Source: Pseudomonadota bacterium (GTDB lineage: Bacteria; Bdellovibrionota_B; Oligoflexia; Oligoflexales; CAIMVM01). Taken from it: a DNA stretch of 27,493 bases. Below, piece after piece: positions 8,178 through 17,906 of the stretch. Numbering within the stretch: position 1 is the first letter of the stretch; every line of letters begins with the position of its first letter. The notes beneath the pieces are model-generated. The model did no database searches, was not told the origin of the DNA, and was given only the letters and a program-made list of their open reading frames with translations. The position numbers and the translations under genes were made by a program. Location of the stretch: assembly GCA_037142195.1 (NCBI GenBank), contig JBAXBA010000046.1:1-27493 (forward strand), read 5' to 3'.

Positions 8178-10358
8178 TCACCTTATGGCACTAATCGCCT
8201 CTTGAATCTCAGCTACAGTGGTCACTTCATACAACTTCGCTCTTGAAAAGGCGAAGTCTAATTCTTTAGTATTTTCTTTACGATTTCCAAAAGAGTTGAT
8301 GCGCCGATCATGAAATGCTTGCTTAGCAAGCAAGCCTGAAGACATATTTGCCATGGTTTGCTGATAAGATGCGAGCATAAGAGCTCCATTATCGCCACCT
8401 ATTGCGTTATTTAACTTGCCTATTGTTTTAGAGTCAACTTTTGCACGGGATGGTATGTCAAATTCAATATTGTTTGGAAAATAGAACCGCTTTTGATTTT
8501 CAAGCTTGCTCCAACTTCCCACTGGTCCATTGTCTTTGTGTTCTATTTTAAAAACGAGATTATCATCAATCAATGTTCGAGAAAAACTGATGTTTTGATT
8601 AAGCTTAGCAAAATGAGCTCGAGTTTCTAACTCTCCATTAGTAGTATGTACCCCTAATGCAGACGTGAAATCCTGGAATCCTGAGATTATAAAGCTCCAT
8701 CCTCTAATAGAAGCCCGGATAGCATTTTCTTGAAAACTATTTCCGCCTCCGTCCTTTCCACTCGCTACAAAATATCTAGCGCCCTCACAACTTTTAAGCA
8801 TAGCCAAAGTTGAAATCGGTACGTTTTCGCTCCATCCCCCAAACGCCATTAATGCCGATACGGATTCACCTGCCCTTGGCGCCCCCATGAGCACAGGTAC
8901 GGGAGACCTTAAAGTGCCATCAGCAATCCTAACGTCATTGTACGCAATATCTTCACCGTCAGTGAAGACCGGTTGGCGCCTAAATGGACCAGGCTCCCCG
9001 GCGCTAAATGCCATCGCATGGGCCAATCCACGGCGACCCTCACGAAATAAAATATTCGCTTGAAGATCATCTTTTTCACCGGGAAGATTTTCTCCACGAG
9101 CCTGGCTATAGTTTTTGAAAATAAGCACACGATCTGCTGGATAAGCATATCCAAGTTTTTCTATATTTTTGCTAGAGTCCAAATAATAGGGCAAAAATCC
9201 GCGATTTTTGCCGGCTAGGGATCTTTTGATCTTGACGAGTTCCGAAGCTAATTCTTTGCCAGGCTCGTCATTGGCAATATAGCCCTGATACAGAGCATCG
9301 CTTCCGACAGCTTCAGTTGCAGAAATGGAACCATTTCTATCTAATTGAATTTTCGAATTTCGAAATGTGGAATGGACAATAAGGCCTTTGGGAAGAATCA
9401 TAAAGTTTCCTGATTTTGAAAATCCTCGATAAGCATTCCAAAGAAGCTTTGGATCTGGCAAATAGAGTTTAAATCCAGAAATATTTGAGAGCTTTCCATT
9501 AGTTAAAAACGCAAATTCTGGAGATTTGACTAATGAATTTACGGCTCCAATCAAACGCTTCCACTTACTCACTTCATTGGCCGAGTTCGACTGAACGATA
9601 TCTTGTTGAAAAAGACGGAAAAACCGATCTGCAATGAGCTCTTGGTCCGAGCTTGGCGTGCCATCTATTGTAACATCCGCAGCAACATCAAAGAGTGATT
9701 TGAGATTTGTCTCTTTGATATTGGCCCAAAGCTTCCAGAGTCTAAATGTTTCTGCGCGTCTTTCTTTAAAAGTCTCCTTGGCCAATATGGATCCAAGATT
9801 CTGATGCATCAAGAAATCGGTTAGAAGAACCGCTTGGCCTACTGTCGCCTCAATACTGACTACTCTCGAATCAGATGAACCAGCGAGGACATGGCCAAAC
9901 TGATTTTGCACTAAAAGTGCAATAATGGATGGCGTAACTTCAAGACTGCCCATTTTGAGTTCGCTAAATGCCGGCACAAAAAGAAAAGAGTTAAGAATAT
10001 CAGGAAGTGTGGCCAATACGATACTTGCTTTCTGGGCCTTTGTCAGATTTTTTCCCTGAAATGGGATGGAGTGCTCTCCCAACGATGGATTCTGCAAAAG
10101 ACCCATTACCGCTGCACCCACAATAGAGCCAGAGGAACCACCCAAAGAAACCGCTGGTGTGATGTCATTTTCCAAAAGCGCAATAAATGTTCCCACATGG
10201 CTGGGAAACTTAATTCCATTTCCCTGCATGCCTACGCAAGCTGTTTCTGTAGAAGCGTCTTGTGCTAGTTCTTCTGAAAAATCTTCTTTCTTCGATTTAC
10301 ATCCCATGAATGAAGATATGCAAAAGATAGCCACCACGAATTTATTTCTATGATTCAT
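8178..10358 (-). CDS. Large lipoprotein with a divergent patatin-like phospholipase domain
   Basis: Lipobox-like FMGC (Cys20). Patatin blocks occur in order: GMQGNGIKFPSHVG, GGSSG (GxSxG, Ser75), LAHAMAFSAGEPGPF and FGGWSENVP (the DGG-equivalent position). Confidence 0.65.
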   Translation of the reverse strand: MNHRNKFVVAIFCISSFMGCKSKKEDFSEELAQDASTETACVGMQGNGIKFPSHVGTFIALLENDITPAVSLGGSSGSIVGAAVMGLLQNPSLGEHSIPFQGKNLTKAQKASIVLATLPDILNSFLFVPAFSELKMGSLEVTPSIIALLVQNQFGHVLAGSSDSRVVSIEATVGQAVLLTDFLMHQNLGSILAKETFKERRAETFRLWKLWANIKETNLKSLFDVAADVTIDGTPSSDQELIADRFFRLFQQDIVQSNSANEVSKWKRLIGAVNSLVKSPEFAFLTNGKLSNISGFKLYLPDPKLLWNAYRGFSKSGNFMILPKGLIVHSTFRNSKIQLDRNGSISATEAVGSDALYQGYIANDEPGKELASELVKIKRSLAGKNRGFLPYYLDSSKNIEKLGYAYPADRVLIFKNYSQARGENLPGEKDDLQANILFREGRRGLAHAMAFSAGEPGPFRRQPVFTDGEDIAYNDVRIADGTLRSPVPVLMGAPRAGESVSALMAFGGWSENVPISTLAMLKSCEGARYFVASGKDGGGNSFQENAIRASIRGWSFIISGFQDFTSALGVHTTNGELETRAHFAKLNQNISFSRTLIDDNLVFKIEHKDNGPVGSWSKLENQKRFYFPNNIEFDIPSRAKVDSKTIGKLNNAIGGDNGALMLASYQQTMANMSSGLLAKQAFHDRRINSFGNRKENTKELDFAFSRAKLYEVTTVAEIQEAISAIR

Positions 10359-10392
10359 GCAATTTTCCTATTTGGCATTAGCTTTTAGTAAA

Positions 10393-10401
10393 ATTATAGC
10401 A
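10393..10401 (-). promoter_or_regulatory. Putative extended -10 promoter (TGCTATAAT) for the patatin-like lipoprotein
   Basis: Perfect TGnTATAAT on the minus strand about 35 bp upstream of the ATG at 10358. No clear -35 element. Confidence 0.5.
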
Positions 10402-11101
10402 GGAAATCGCGTGAACTGATATACCGGGTCTCACTTGCCATTTACCCGCCCTCGCCAGACATTGAGGTACTGGTCATTGGTGCTACTTTCCTGAATTTTA
10501 TTTGGATGTAAGCACTGTCCCAGATGGGATTCGTACCCACATCTTTGCTTCAGCGCCAGATGTATCCCATCCCTATTAAACCAAATGTTTTCCTACCGGC
10601 TCTTCGATGTTCTCCAGAAATGTTAAATCCAAGTCAATCCCAAAGGACCCTAGAGGTTGATATTGAGTCTGTTGCGGCTGACATCCTGCCCTCCGGATTC
10701 GTACTCCTTTGCTAAATTTGCATTCCATAAAGTTGGATGAAATTCAAAATGCACAAATTCTTGCAAGATTTCAGATTGCTTTACAAATAGGTCTTGATGG
10801 TTCTGAAGTTAATGGCCCGTTTGTCGCGACCATGTACAAACAAATCTTTCCACCCACGCCCTTAGCGAGTTCCTCTTGAGTCAATACGGACCTAAATAAT
10901 TGAAAAATGGATTCTTAGAGTGAAGTCCTGAAACTTGAGGCTTAACTGCTAAAAGCAGCTGGCGCACCAAAAGATGCGCGCAAAGGTGCGCTGTCTATCG
11001 GCTCCACGAAGAGCAAAAAGCTTCAGTGCAAAACCAGCCTGAGTCAAAAAAATGTGGTCTCTGCTAGGGGATTTTGAAACTAAGTGCTTCCTATGGGCAA
11101 G

Positions 11102-11491
11102 CTAAATCTCATAGGTGAATGTGTAAAAGTGCTGCCCATCAATAATATCTATTTTCATTTCACCTTTAAGCCCAGTTAACTCGCCCGTACCTGAGTCCGG
11201 CATCACAGAAATGGATTGTTTTGAACTTCCTTTATGCATGGATGAATTGTGCTGCATAAAAAAAGTTCCCTTTTTGGAATCGAGTTCTCCTTCAATTTTT
11301 TCAATTGCAACATAACCTCCCGATCCCATGTCTTTGTTCATCAAACCCACCATAGAAACTAGCCCCGTAGCATGTAACGGACCATGAAAATATTTTTCAA
11401 ACCTCATATGCATAAGTCCAAGCTCTTTCGTTATAGTACTCGCTTCTGCCGGTGTACCTTTTACTTCAAATCTCCCCTTAACTTCGTTCAT
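11102..11491 (-). CDS. DUF3224 family protein
   Basis: 129 aa with K.F.G.L..T, GGYVAIEKIEGELDSKKGTFFMQH and PDSGTGELTGLKG...HFYTFTY. GAGG RBS upstream. Confidence 0.85.
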   Translation of the reverse strand: MNEVKGRFEVKGTPAEASTITKELGLMHMRFEKYFHGPLHATGLVSMVGLMNKDMGSGGYVAIEKIEGELDSKKGTFFMQHNSSMHKGSSKQSISVMPDSGTGELTGLKGEMKIDIIDGQHFYTFTYEI

Positions 11492-11638
11492 CGCTGCCTC
11501 ACAATAAATTTAAAGAATGAAATATTAGAGATCTTAAAATAAGACCACAACACACTTAATTTAATATAAAAGATGATCTGGTTTCAGATCGTTTAATGCT
11601 TGCTCGTTGCAACAATTAATTTTTCGAGATTTTAAAAA

Positions 11639-11715
11639 TGGCGCACCAGGAAGGATTCGAACCTCCGACCACTAGATTCGAAGTCTAGCATTCTATCCAG
11701 CTGAACTACTGGTGC
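11639..11715 (-). tRNA. tRNA-Arg (anticodon UCG)
   Basis: Reverse complement has acceptor stem GCACCAG/CTGGTGC followed by GCCA, anticodon arm CTAGA-CTTCGAA-TCTAG and T arm GGAGG-TTCGAAT-CCTTC. 77 nt with CCA encoded. Confidence 0.97.
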
Positions 11716-11734
11716 ATCAAAGAAAGAAGTCCTG

Positions 11735-11762
11735 ATCCTACAGGGTCTTGGAAGTATTGCAA
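11735..11762 (-). promoter_or_regulatory. Putative sigma70 promoter of tRNA-Arg
   Basis: TTGCAA-N16-TAGGAT on the minus strand, ending about 20 bp before the tRNA. Confidence 0.45.
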
Positions 11763-12462
11763 TAGATTTTCACCTCTAAAAAGAAGGTATAAATTTCAGG
11801 ATGTTACATTAAATATTCAAACTGAAGTCAGCGCTGTCCGTCTATGCTTCCTGCTAAAAGGTATTCTCTGGCTAATTCGGCCGATTTTTCCTACCCACCT
11901 TAACATTTAGAAGCGGAGAAAATCTGGCTAACATGGAGACCTTTCTTCGAGCGAAGTCGCATGTGCGAGAAGTATTCCGCCATTCCATAAAGCCTGAGTA
12001 TCTTGCCTTTTGATTCTTTCAACCGGCAAGATACGTGCGCAAAAAAGAATTGAAATGGGAGCCTCTTCGACGCGGCCTCCTATATTTAAAAAGTTCGACT
12101 TTCTTAAATAAATTAGAATTCCGTGTGAAAAAAGACGAAATAATGCTCCCGATACGAATGAAAGGCAGGTAGTCGGCTTGCTGGGATCCTTAGCCAGTGG
12201 GGATCAATTTTCGAAATGCTGCAATTAAAAAGCAGATCCCATCGGGGAGCTAATTAGATCATGAAACTTTATCAACTCAATTAGCTTCTCACCCCCAGAT
12301 TGTACCTATTCCATGTGATCGCGAGCTCACTAGGAGCGACTTTCACATGACATAAGAAAGAGGAATTTAGATTTCTAGGCAACCTCGGCGATAGGAAGCG
12401 TAGTTCGATAACTCTAAATTGGCTAACCAAAGCTGAGGCAAAGAATCCTTCAAATAGCGCTA

Positions 12463-12491
12463 TTGTGTCGTTCGCGCAACAATTGTATAGT
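12463..12491 (+). promoter_or_regulatory. Putative sigma70 promoter of the old yellow enzyme gene
   Basis: TTGTGT-N17-TATAGT about 50 bp upstream of the ATG at 12541. Confidence 0.4.
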
Positions 12492-12540
12492 GTTTTCGGG
12501 ACAACAGAGATTTAAAATCTAAAAATTAGGGGTCTATTCT

Positions 12541-13614
12541 ATGAAACTATTTGAACAAGCAACTCTGGGAACTCTGAAGTTAAAAAATAAAGTGGTCATG
12601 GCTCCCATGACCAGGTCCCGCGCGATCCAAAATACCCCGGGTGATATTATGGTAGATTATTACTCTCAAAGAGCTTCTGCTGGACTTATTATCACCGAAG
12701 GTGCCTCGCCTTCTCCTAACGGCCTAGGCTATGCAAGAATACCTGGCTTGTTTAATACCGAGCAAGAAAAAGGTTGGAAGAAAGTAACGGATGGGGTGCA
12801 CGCCAAAGGCGGTAAAATCTTTTTGCAAATCATGCATACAGGGCGCGTGGGGCACCCTCTCAATATGCAAGCAAACGCAAGAATTTTGGCACCATCTGCC
12901 CTTGCGCTTTCAGGTAAAATGTGGACAGATTCCCAAGGTGAACAACCCTTTCCAACTCCCATCGCCATGTCAGAGTCCGACATAAAAGAGGCTGTAAAAG
13001 AGTATGTTCATTGTGCAGAACTTGCTATCCAAGCTGGATTCGACGGAGTTGAGCTCCACTGCGCAAACGGCTACCTTATGGAGCAGTTTTTAAATCCAAA
13101 CTGCAATAAACGCACAGATTCCTATGGCGGAAGTCCGAAAGGACTTATGGCTTTCCCCCTCGAAGTTGCCAGTCAAGTCTCCAAGAAAATTGGCTCCCAT
13201 CGTACAGGAATTCGTATATCCCCTTATGGCGTATTTAATGACACGGGTGCCTTTGCAGGGATTGACGAATTCTATGTGGAATTCACAAAAGAGCTAAATG
13301 CTTTGAATTTAGTGTATTTGCATGTCGTCGATCACAGCTCTATGGGGGCTCCAGCTGTGAGCGCCACTCTCAAACGTGACATGAGAGCTATTTTCAAAGG
13401 CGCCTATATTCTTTCAGGTGGCTACAATGCGGAAAGAGCAGAAGCAGACCTCATCGAAAATAAAGGCGATTTAGTGGCTTTTGGAAGACCTTTTATTGCT
13501 AACCCAGACTTAGTTCCTGTCATGATGGCAAAAATGTCCTTAAATGAGGCCGATCAGAGCAAGTTCTATACTCCAGGCCCTGAAGGCTATAGTGTCTACC
13601 CCAGCCGCACTTAG
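12541..13614 (+). CDS. Old yellow enzyme family alkene reductase (NemA/XenB-like, FMN-dependent)
   Basis: MAPMTRSRA, YYSQRASAGLIITEG, GFDGVELHCANGYL, RTDSYGGS and FGRPFIANPDL motifs. Confidence 0.94.
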   Translation: MKLFEQATLGTLKLKNKVVMAPMTRSRAIQNTPGDIMVDYYSQRASAGLIITEGASPSPNGLGYARIPGLFNTEQEKGWKKVTDGVHAKGGKIFLQIMHTGRVGHPLNMQANARILAPSALALSGKMWTDSQGEQPFPTPIAMSESDIKEAVKEYVHCAELAIQAGFDGVELHCANGYLMEQFLNPNCNKRTDSYGGSPKGLMAFPLEVASQVSKKIGSHRTGIRISPYGVFNDTGAFAGIDEFYVEFTKELNALNLVYLHVVDHSSMGAPAVSATLKRDMRAIFKGAYILSGGYNAERAEADLIENKGDLVAFGRPFIANPDLVPVMMAKMSLNEADQSKFYTPGPEGYSVYPSRT

Positions 13615-13616
13615 AT

Positions 13617-13674
13617 AAAAAAGCAAGCGTATCGCCCTGAGTCATATTTAATGCAACTCCGGCGATACGCTTGC
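13617..13674 (-). terminator. Intrinsic terminator between the convergent OYE gene and bioB
   Basis: Perfect 14-bp inverted repeat GCAAGCGTATCGCC (13623-13636) / GGCGATACGCTTGC (13661-13674). The A-run at 13617-13622 gives a U-tail on the bioB strand. Confidence 0.75.
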
Positions 13675-13741
13675 AGATGTTTCTACATAGGAAAAGCCTA
13701 CTAACGCTTTGCCTGCTTTCCGATCGAATAGGTAAGCTCAA

Positions 13742-14737
13742 CTAAAGGGACGCTTGTTCTTGGCTCGCCATCACGGGAATGTTTTTTTCGTATTTTGGTA
13801 ACTTCATTTTCCTGAGGCCTAGCCGCCCGAAAAGCATGTTGTCTTTTTCTGGCACGGGATTATTGGCCGTTAAAAGCTTTTCTCCATAGAAAATGGAATT
13901 AGCTCCCGCCATAAAACATAAAGCTTGAAGCTCATCAGACATTTGCTCCCTACCAGCAGACAAACGAATAAAAGATTTAGGCATAAGGATTCTGGCTAAA
14001 GCAATCGTTCGGACAAAGTCAAAGGGATCTACGTCTTTCTCCCCAGCCAATGGGGTTCCTGGAATCTTAATAAGTTGATTGATAGGCACAGATTCCGGCG
14101 GTTCCTCTAAATTTGCCAGTACTAATAACATCTTAATCCGGTCTTCATTCGTCTCACCTAGACCCAAAATCCCACCCGAGCACACCTTGATGCCTGACTT
14201 TCTGACCGAGTCCAGAGTGTCTAGACGATCTTGAAACGTTCTCGTGGTAATCACTTCCCCGTAATACTCAGGCGAAGTGTCAATATTATGATTGTAGTAA
14301 TCAAGGCCGGCATCTTTAAGTGCCGCAGCTTGAGATTCCCGCAGAAGTCCTAATGTGACGCAGGTTTCTAAGCCTAGGCTTTTAACTTCACTGATCATTT
14401 GTCCCACTAAGGCGATATCTCTATCCCTGGGCCCACGCCAAGCCGCTCCCATGCAAAACCTGCTACTACCTGCCTCTTTAGCCCGCCGAGCAGCTGCTAC
14501 GACGTCCGCTAGCTCCATCAGCGGTTCTTTATTTAAGCCCGTTTCATAATGGGAAGACTGAGGACAATACGAGCAATTCTCAGGACAACTCCCTGTCTTA
14601 ATGCTTAAAAGTGTGCTAACTTGCACCTCGTTTGGGCTAAACCAAGTCCGATGTGCAGTTTGCGCTCGGAAAACGAGATCATTAAGAGGAAGGTTAAAAA
14701 CTTCGGTTGCCTCTTTCAGATTTAACTTGATTTGCAT
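13742..14737 (-). CDS. bioB: Biotin synthase (radical SAM)
   Basis: [24 protein letters not shown] and PESVPINQL motifs. Start reassigned to ATG 14737 (MQIKL..., GGACGG upstream) because the longer ORF overlaps bioF. Confidence 0.96.
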   Translation of the reverse strand: MQIKLNLKEATEVFNLPLNDLVFRAQTAHRTWFSPNEVQVSTLLSIKTGSCPENCSYCPQSSHYETGLNKEPLMELADVVAAARRAKEAGSSRFCMGAAWRGPRDRDIALVGQMISEVKSLGLETCVTLGLLRESQAAALKDAGLDYYNHNIDTSPEYYGEVITTRTFQDRLDTLDSVRKSGIKVCSGGILGLGETNEDRIKMLLVLANLEEPPESVPINQLIKIPGTPLAGEKDVDPFDFVRTIALARILMPKSFIRLSAGREQMSDELQALCFMAGANSIFYGEKLLTANNPVPEKDNMLFGRLGLRKMKLPKYEKNIPVMASQEQASL

Positions 14738-14771
14738 ATAGCCCGTCCAAGAAAAAGGTAAGTGATTAGAA

Positions 14772-15917
14772 ATGCTAAATGCATATGAAAAATACATTTG
14801 TGCGCTGGATACTACGTCTAAACTTAGAAAATTGCCAGTAGGACCTACTTTAGGCAAACACATTTTTACGGATTTTGCGTCCAATGATTACCTCGGCATG
14901 AGTAAAAATCCAGATGTAATCTCCGCCGCCCAGGATGCCGCTAAAGAATTTGGCGTGGGAGCTACCGGTTCCAGGCTACTGACCGGAAATCTCTCTCTTT
15001 TTGAAACCCTTGAAGCCAAAATTGCCCAGGACAAAGGCTCTGAAGCGTGCTTACTTTTCAACTCCGGATTCCAGGCAAACCATTCTGTTTTAGCGACACT
15101 ACTCGATGAATCGACATTAGGGGCAAAGCCGCTCGTTTTTTTTGACAAATACAACCATTCTAGTCTCTACCAAGGGGTGTGGCAAAGTGGAGCTGAAATC
15201 TTGAGATTTAAGCACAACTCGCTTTCCCATCTAACAGATCTATTAGAACGCTATAAACATATAGATCGACCAAAATTTATTGTCACGGAATCAGTTTTTG
15301 GAATGGACGGAGACTTGGCTCCGCTTGCGGAAATTGCCGATCTCTGTCGAAATCACAATGCCCTTCTCTATATTGATGAAGCCCATGCAACAGGCATTTT
15401 CGGCCCTCAAGGCTTGGGTCTAGCCTGCCAGCTTAACACCCAAGATATTCCCCTAGTCATAATGGGTACATTTAGCAAAGCCCTTGGTGGAAGTGGAGCT
15501 TACCTCTGTTGTAGCCACACCGTGAAACAATATCTCCTCAACAAGGCACCTGGATTTATTTACTCTACTGCCCCCTCACCCATTTCCATGGCGGCAGCAA
15601 GCAAAGCTTGGGATTTGATGAAGGGTATGAATGGAGAAAGAAAGAAAATTCTAGGTTTAGCCGACAAATTGAGAAGGGAACTTAAAGAGTTGGATTTAGA
15701 TTCCGGAAGTTCGAAGAGCCATATTATTCCCATAAGAATGGCTAACGAAAACCAAGCTGTCGCCGCAAAGAACATACTACTAGAGGCAGGCGTTTTAGTA
15801 TCGGCCATTAGGCCGCCAACTGTCCCCGTCGGCACCAGTCGGCTTAGAGTTGCCCTAACTGTTAACCACACCGATAGAGATATTGAGCGCCTTCTAAAAG
15901 GACTCCACACACTATGA
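14772..15917 (+). CDS. bioF: 8-amino-7-oxononanoate synthase
   Basis: [40 protein letters not shown] (PLP lysine) and IRPPTVP motifs. Confidence 0.95.
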   Translation: MLNAYEKYICALDTTSKLRKLPVGPTLGKHIFTDFASNDYLGMSKNPDVISAAQDAAKEFGVGATGSRLLTGNLSLFETLEAKIAQDKGSEACLLFNSGFQANHSVLATLLDESTLGAKPLVFFDKYNHSSLYQGVWQSGAEILRFKHNSLSHLTDLLERYKHIDRPKFIVTESVFGMDGDLAPLAEIADLCRNHNALLYIDEAHATGIFGPQGLGLACQLNTQDIPLVIMGTFSKALGGSGAYLCCSHTVKQYLLNKAPGFIYSTAPSPISMAAASKAWDLMKGMNGERKKILGLADKLRRELKELDLDSGSSKSHIIPIRMANENQAVAAKNILLEAGVLVSAIRPPTVPVGTSRLRVALTVNHTDRDIERLLKGLHTL

Positions 15918-16564
15918 AAGTAAACCTTGTTTTATGCCACGGTTTTGGCTTTGATAGTGAGTATTGGAATCTCTTGATTCCTTATTTTTCTGACTACCAA
16001 ATCTTCAATATGGACCTTGGCTATTACGGAAAAAAAACGAGTTCTTTGCCGCCTACCACTTCTCAAAAAACTATAGGCATTGGTCATTCCTTGGGTTTTT
16101 TAAAGCTTGCCCAGCTAAATTATGAATTTGACCTTCTTGTCGGTTTGAATCCCTTTCTTAACTTTTTGGGCACTCAAAAAGAAATCCGTAGAAGACGTGA
16201 ACTCGAATTCCATATGCTCAAGTCCAATATAAATTTGTCGCCCCAGAAAACTCTTGAAGCCTTTCATTTGAGGTGCGGGGCCCCCTTTGAAAAGGCAAAG
16301 TTTGAGCACCTGTCGCTCCATGATTTGACACAGGATCTCGACTATATTTCTTATGAGCATCCCATGCCAAATGCGAAAGAAGTTCTTCTCTTAGCAAGTG
16401 AAGATGACCCGGTTGTTCCCAAAGTTCTCACTGAAGATCTCATGAAACCAGAATTTAGCCCTTTAAAAGTTGAATTTTTAAAGACGGGTCTCCATGCCCT
16501 AGGCTATCTGAATCCTGACTTGGTCCAATATAAGATCAAAGGACACATTGATGATCTCCTTTAA
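15914..16564 (+). CDS. bioH: Alpha/beta hydrolase, pimeloyl-ACP methyl ester esterase (BioH-like)
   Basis: HGFG oxyanion motif, GHSLG nucleophile, EDDPVVP and GLH. Lies between bioF and bioC with overlapping ends. Confidence 0.8.
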   Translation: MKVNLVLCHGFGFDSEYWNLLIPYFSDYQIFNMDLGYYGKKTSSLPPTTSQKTIGIGHSLGFLKLAQLNYEFDLLVGLNPFLNFLGTQKEIRRRRELEFHMLKSNINLSPQKTLEAFHLRCGAPFEKAKFEHLSLHDLTQDLDYISYEHPMPNAKEVLLLASEDDPVVPKVLTEDLMKPEFSPLKVEFLKTGLHALGYLNPDLVQYKIKGHIDDLL

Positions 16565-17297
16565 AGAACGTATCCTTCAAAAATTCAGCCATGCCAGCGG
16601 AGTTTATGATGACTTTTCAGAGTTTCAACAGACTTCAGCTTCTGAACTTGTAAAATTCTTAAAAGAAAGCTTTCCATCGTTTTCCCCAGCCACAGCCATC
16701 GATCTTGGAACGGGAACCGGCCATGTGGCACTGGATATTCACAAAGCCTATCCTAACGTGCGCCTCACTATAAATGATTTGTCCACTGACATGATGGGGG
16801 AAGCCCTTAAAAAACTCCCCCGTGAAACAGAGGCCATACCAGGTGATTTTGAAGCGCTAGAGTTAGATAAATATCACTTAATTATTAGCAATTTTGCTTT
16901 TCAATGGGCTCAAGATTTAAAGAAATTGATCGAAAATCTTAAGCCCAAATGTGACGTCCTAGCGTTTAGTTGTCTTTTAGCAGGAACCTTTAAGGAGTGG
17001 TCCGATTTGTTAGAAAGGGAAAGTCTAACAACTACAACACTTCCCTATCCCCAAAAGGAAGAAGTCCTTAAAATTTTAATTGCGCAAGAGGGGTGTCACT
17101 TAGAAACCAAATATATTGATTTAAAACTTGAGTTTCCGGATGTCCTTAGTTTTGTGCACTATCTGAAAAAAATAGGTGCATCTTCCAGCAAGGAATCACT
17201 CGGATACGCAAGGCTCAAAGATATTTTAAATCGCTTTAAAGATAAGTTTTGTGTGGACTATAAAATAATGCTGGTTGTCATGGGAAGGGAGTCATGA
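16551..17297 (+). CDS. bioC: Malonyl-ACP O-methyltransferase
   Basis: FSHASGVYD...Q, DLGTGTG and ISNFAFQW motifs, in operon context. ATG 16551 chosen because AAAGGA lies 7 nt upstream. Confidence 0.9.
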   Translation: MISFKERILQKFSHASGVYDDFSEFQQTSASELVKFLKESFPSFSPATAIDLGTGTGHVALDIHKAYPNVRLTINDLSTDMMGEALKKLPRETEAIPGDFEALELDKYHLIISNFAFQWAQDLKKLIENLKPKCDVLAFSCLLAGTFKEWSDLLERESLTTTTLPYPQKEEVLKILIAQEGCHLETKYIDLKLEFPDVLSFVHYLKKIGASSSKESLGYARLKDILNRFKDKFCVDYKIMLVVMGRES

Positions 17298-17899
17298 GTG
17301 TTTTTATTGCGGGAACCGATACTGATATCGGAAAAACCCTAGTTTCCAGTTGGCTCTGCCTGCACAGTGGTTTTAGCTATTTCAAACCCATTCAATCTGG
17401 TTGCATGCATGAAACCGATTCCGAAATTGTTGCACGATTGAGTGGATCGAAAATTCACCCTGAAGTCTACCGCCTCAAAGAACCACTTTCTCCCCATCAA
17501 GCGGCAAAATTGGAGCATGTGGAAATAGATCTGCGAAGCATTGAGCTTCCAATTCATGAAAGAATTATTGTCGAGGGTGCAGGGGGACTCATGGTCCCCA
17601 TAAACCCAAAGTATTTCGTAGTAGATCTAATCAAACACCTTAATTTACCTGTTGTTTTAGTAGCAAAGTCTAGTCTCGGCACAATCAATCATACTCTTTT
17701 AAGTATTGAAGCTCTGCGAAGGCGAAACATACCCCTTCTAGGCGTCATCTTGACCGGCCCCTTGAATGCTGCGAACCGAACCTCAATTGAAGACTATGGA
17801 GAGATTTCCGTTCTAGCCGAACTCCCGCAGCTTATCGACATTGACAAAGAAAGCCTAAAAGCCATACCCATCCCAGCACAATTGCATAAAATACTTTGA
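17294..17899 (+). CDS. bioD: Dethiobiotin synthase
   Basis: GTDTDIGKT, KPIQSG, VEGAGG and LGTINHTLL motifs. Confidence 0.96.
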   Translation: MSVFIAGTDTDIGKTLVSSWLCLHSGFSYFKPIQSGCMHETDSEIVARLSGSKIHPEVYRLKEPLSPHQAAKLEHVEIDLRSIELPIHERIIVEGAGGLMVPINPKYFVVDLIKHLNLPVVLVAKSSLGTINHTLLSIEALRRRNIPLLGVILTGPLNAANRTSIEDYGEISVLAELPQLIDIDKESLKAIPIPAQLHKIL

Positions 17900-17906
17900 G
17901 GGCCTT

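Noticed and set aside
10524..10715. 63-aa ORF as a gene
   Set aside because: No RBS or recognisable motif. It may be decayed sequence but I cannot support a call.
14690..14830. BirA operator for the bio genes
   Set aside because: No TGTAAACC-N14-16-GGTTTACA-like inverted repeat found by eye.
14738..14884. 49-aa N-terminal extension of BioB in the ORF track
   Set aside because: It overlaps bioF on the opposite strand. BioB similarity and an RBS begin at ATG 14737.
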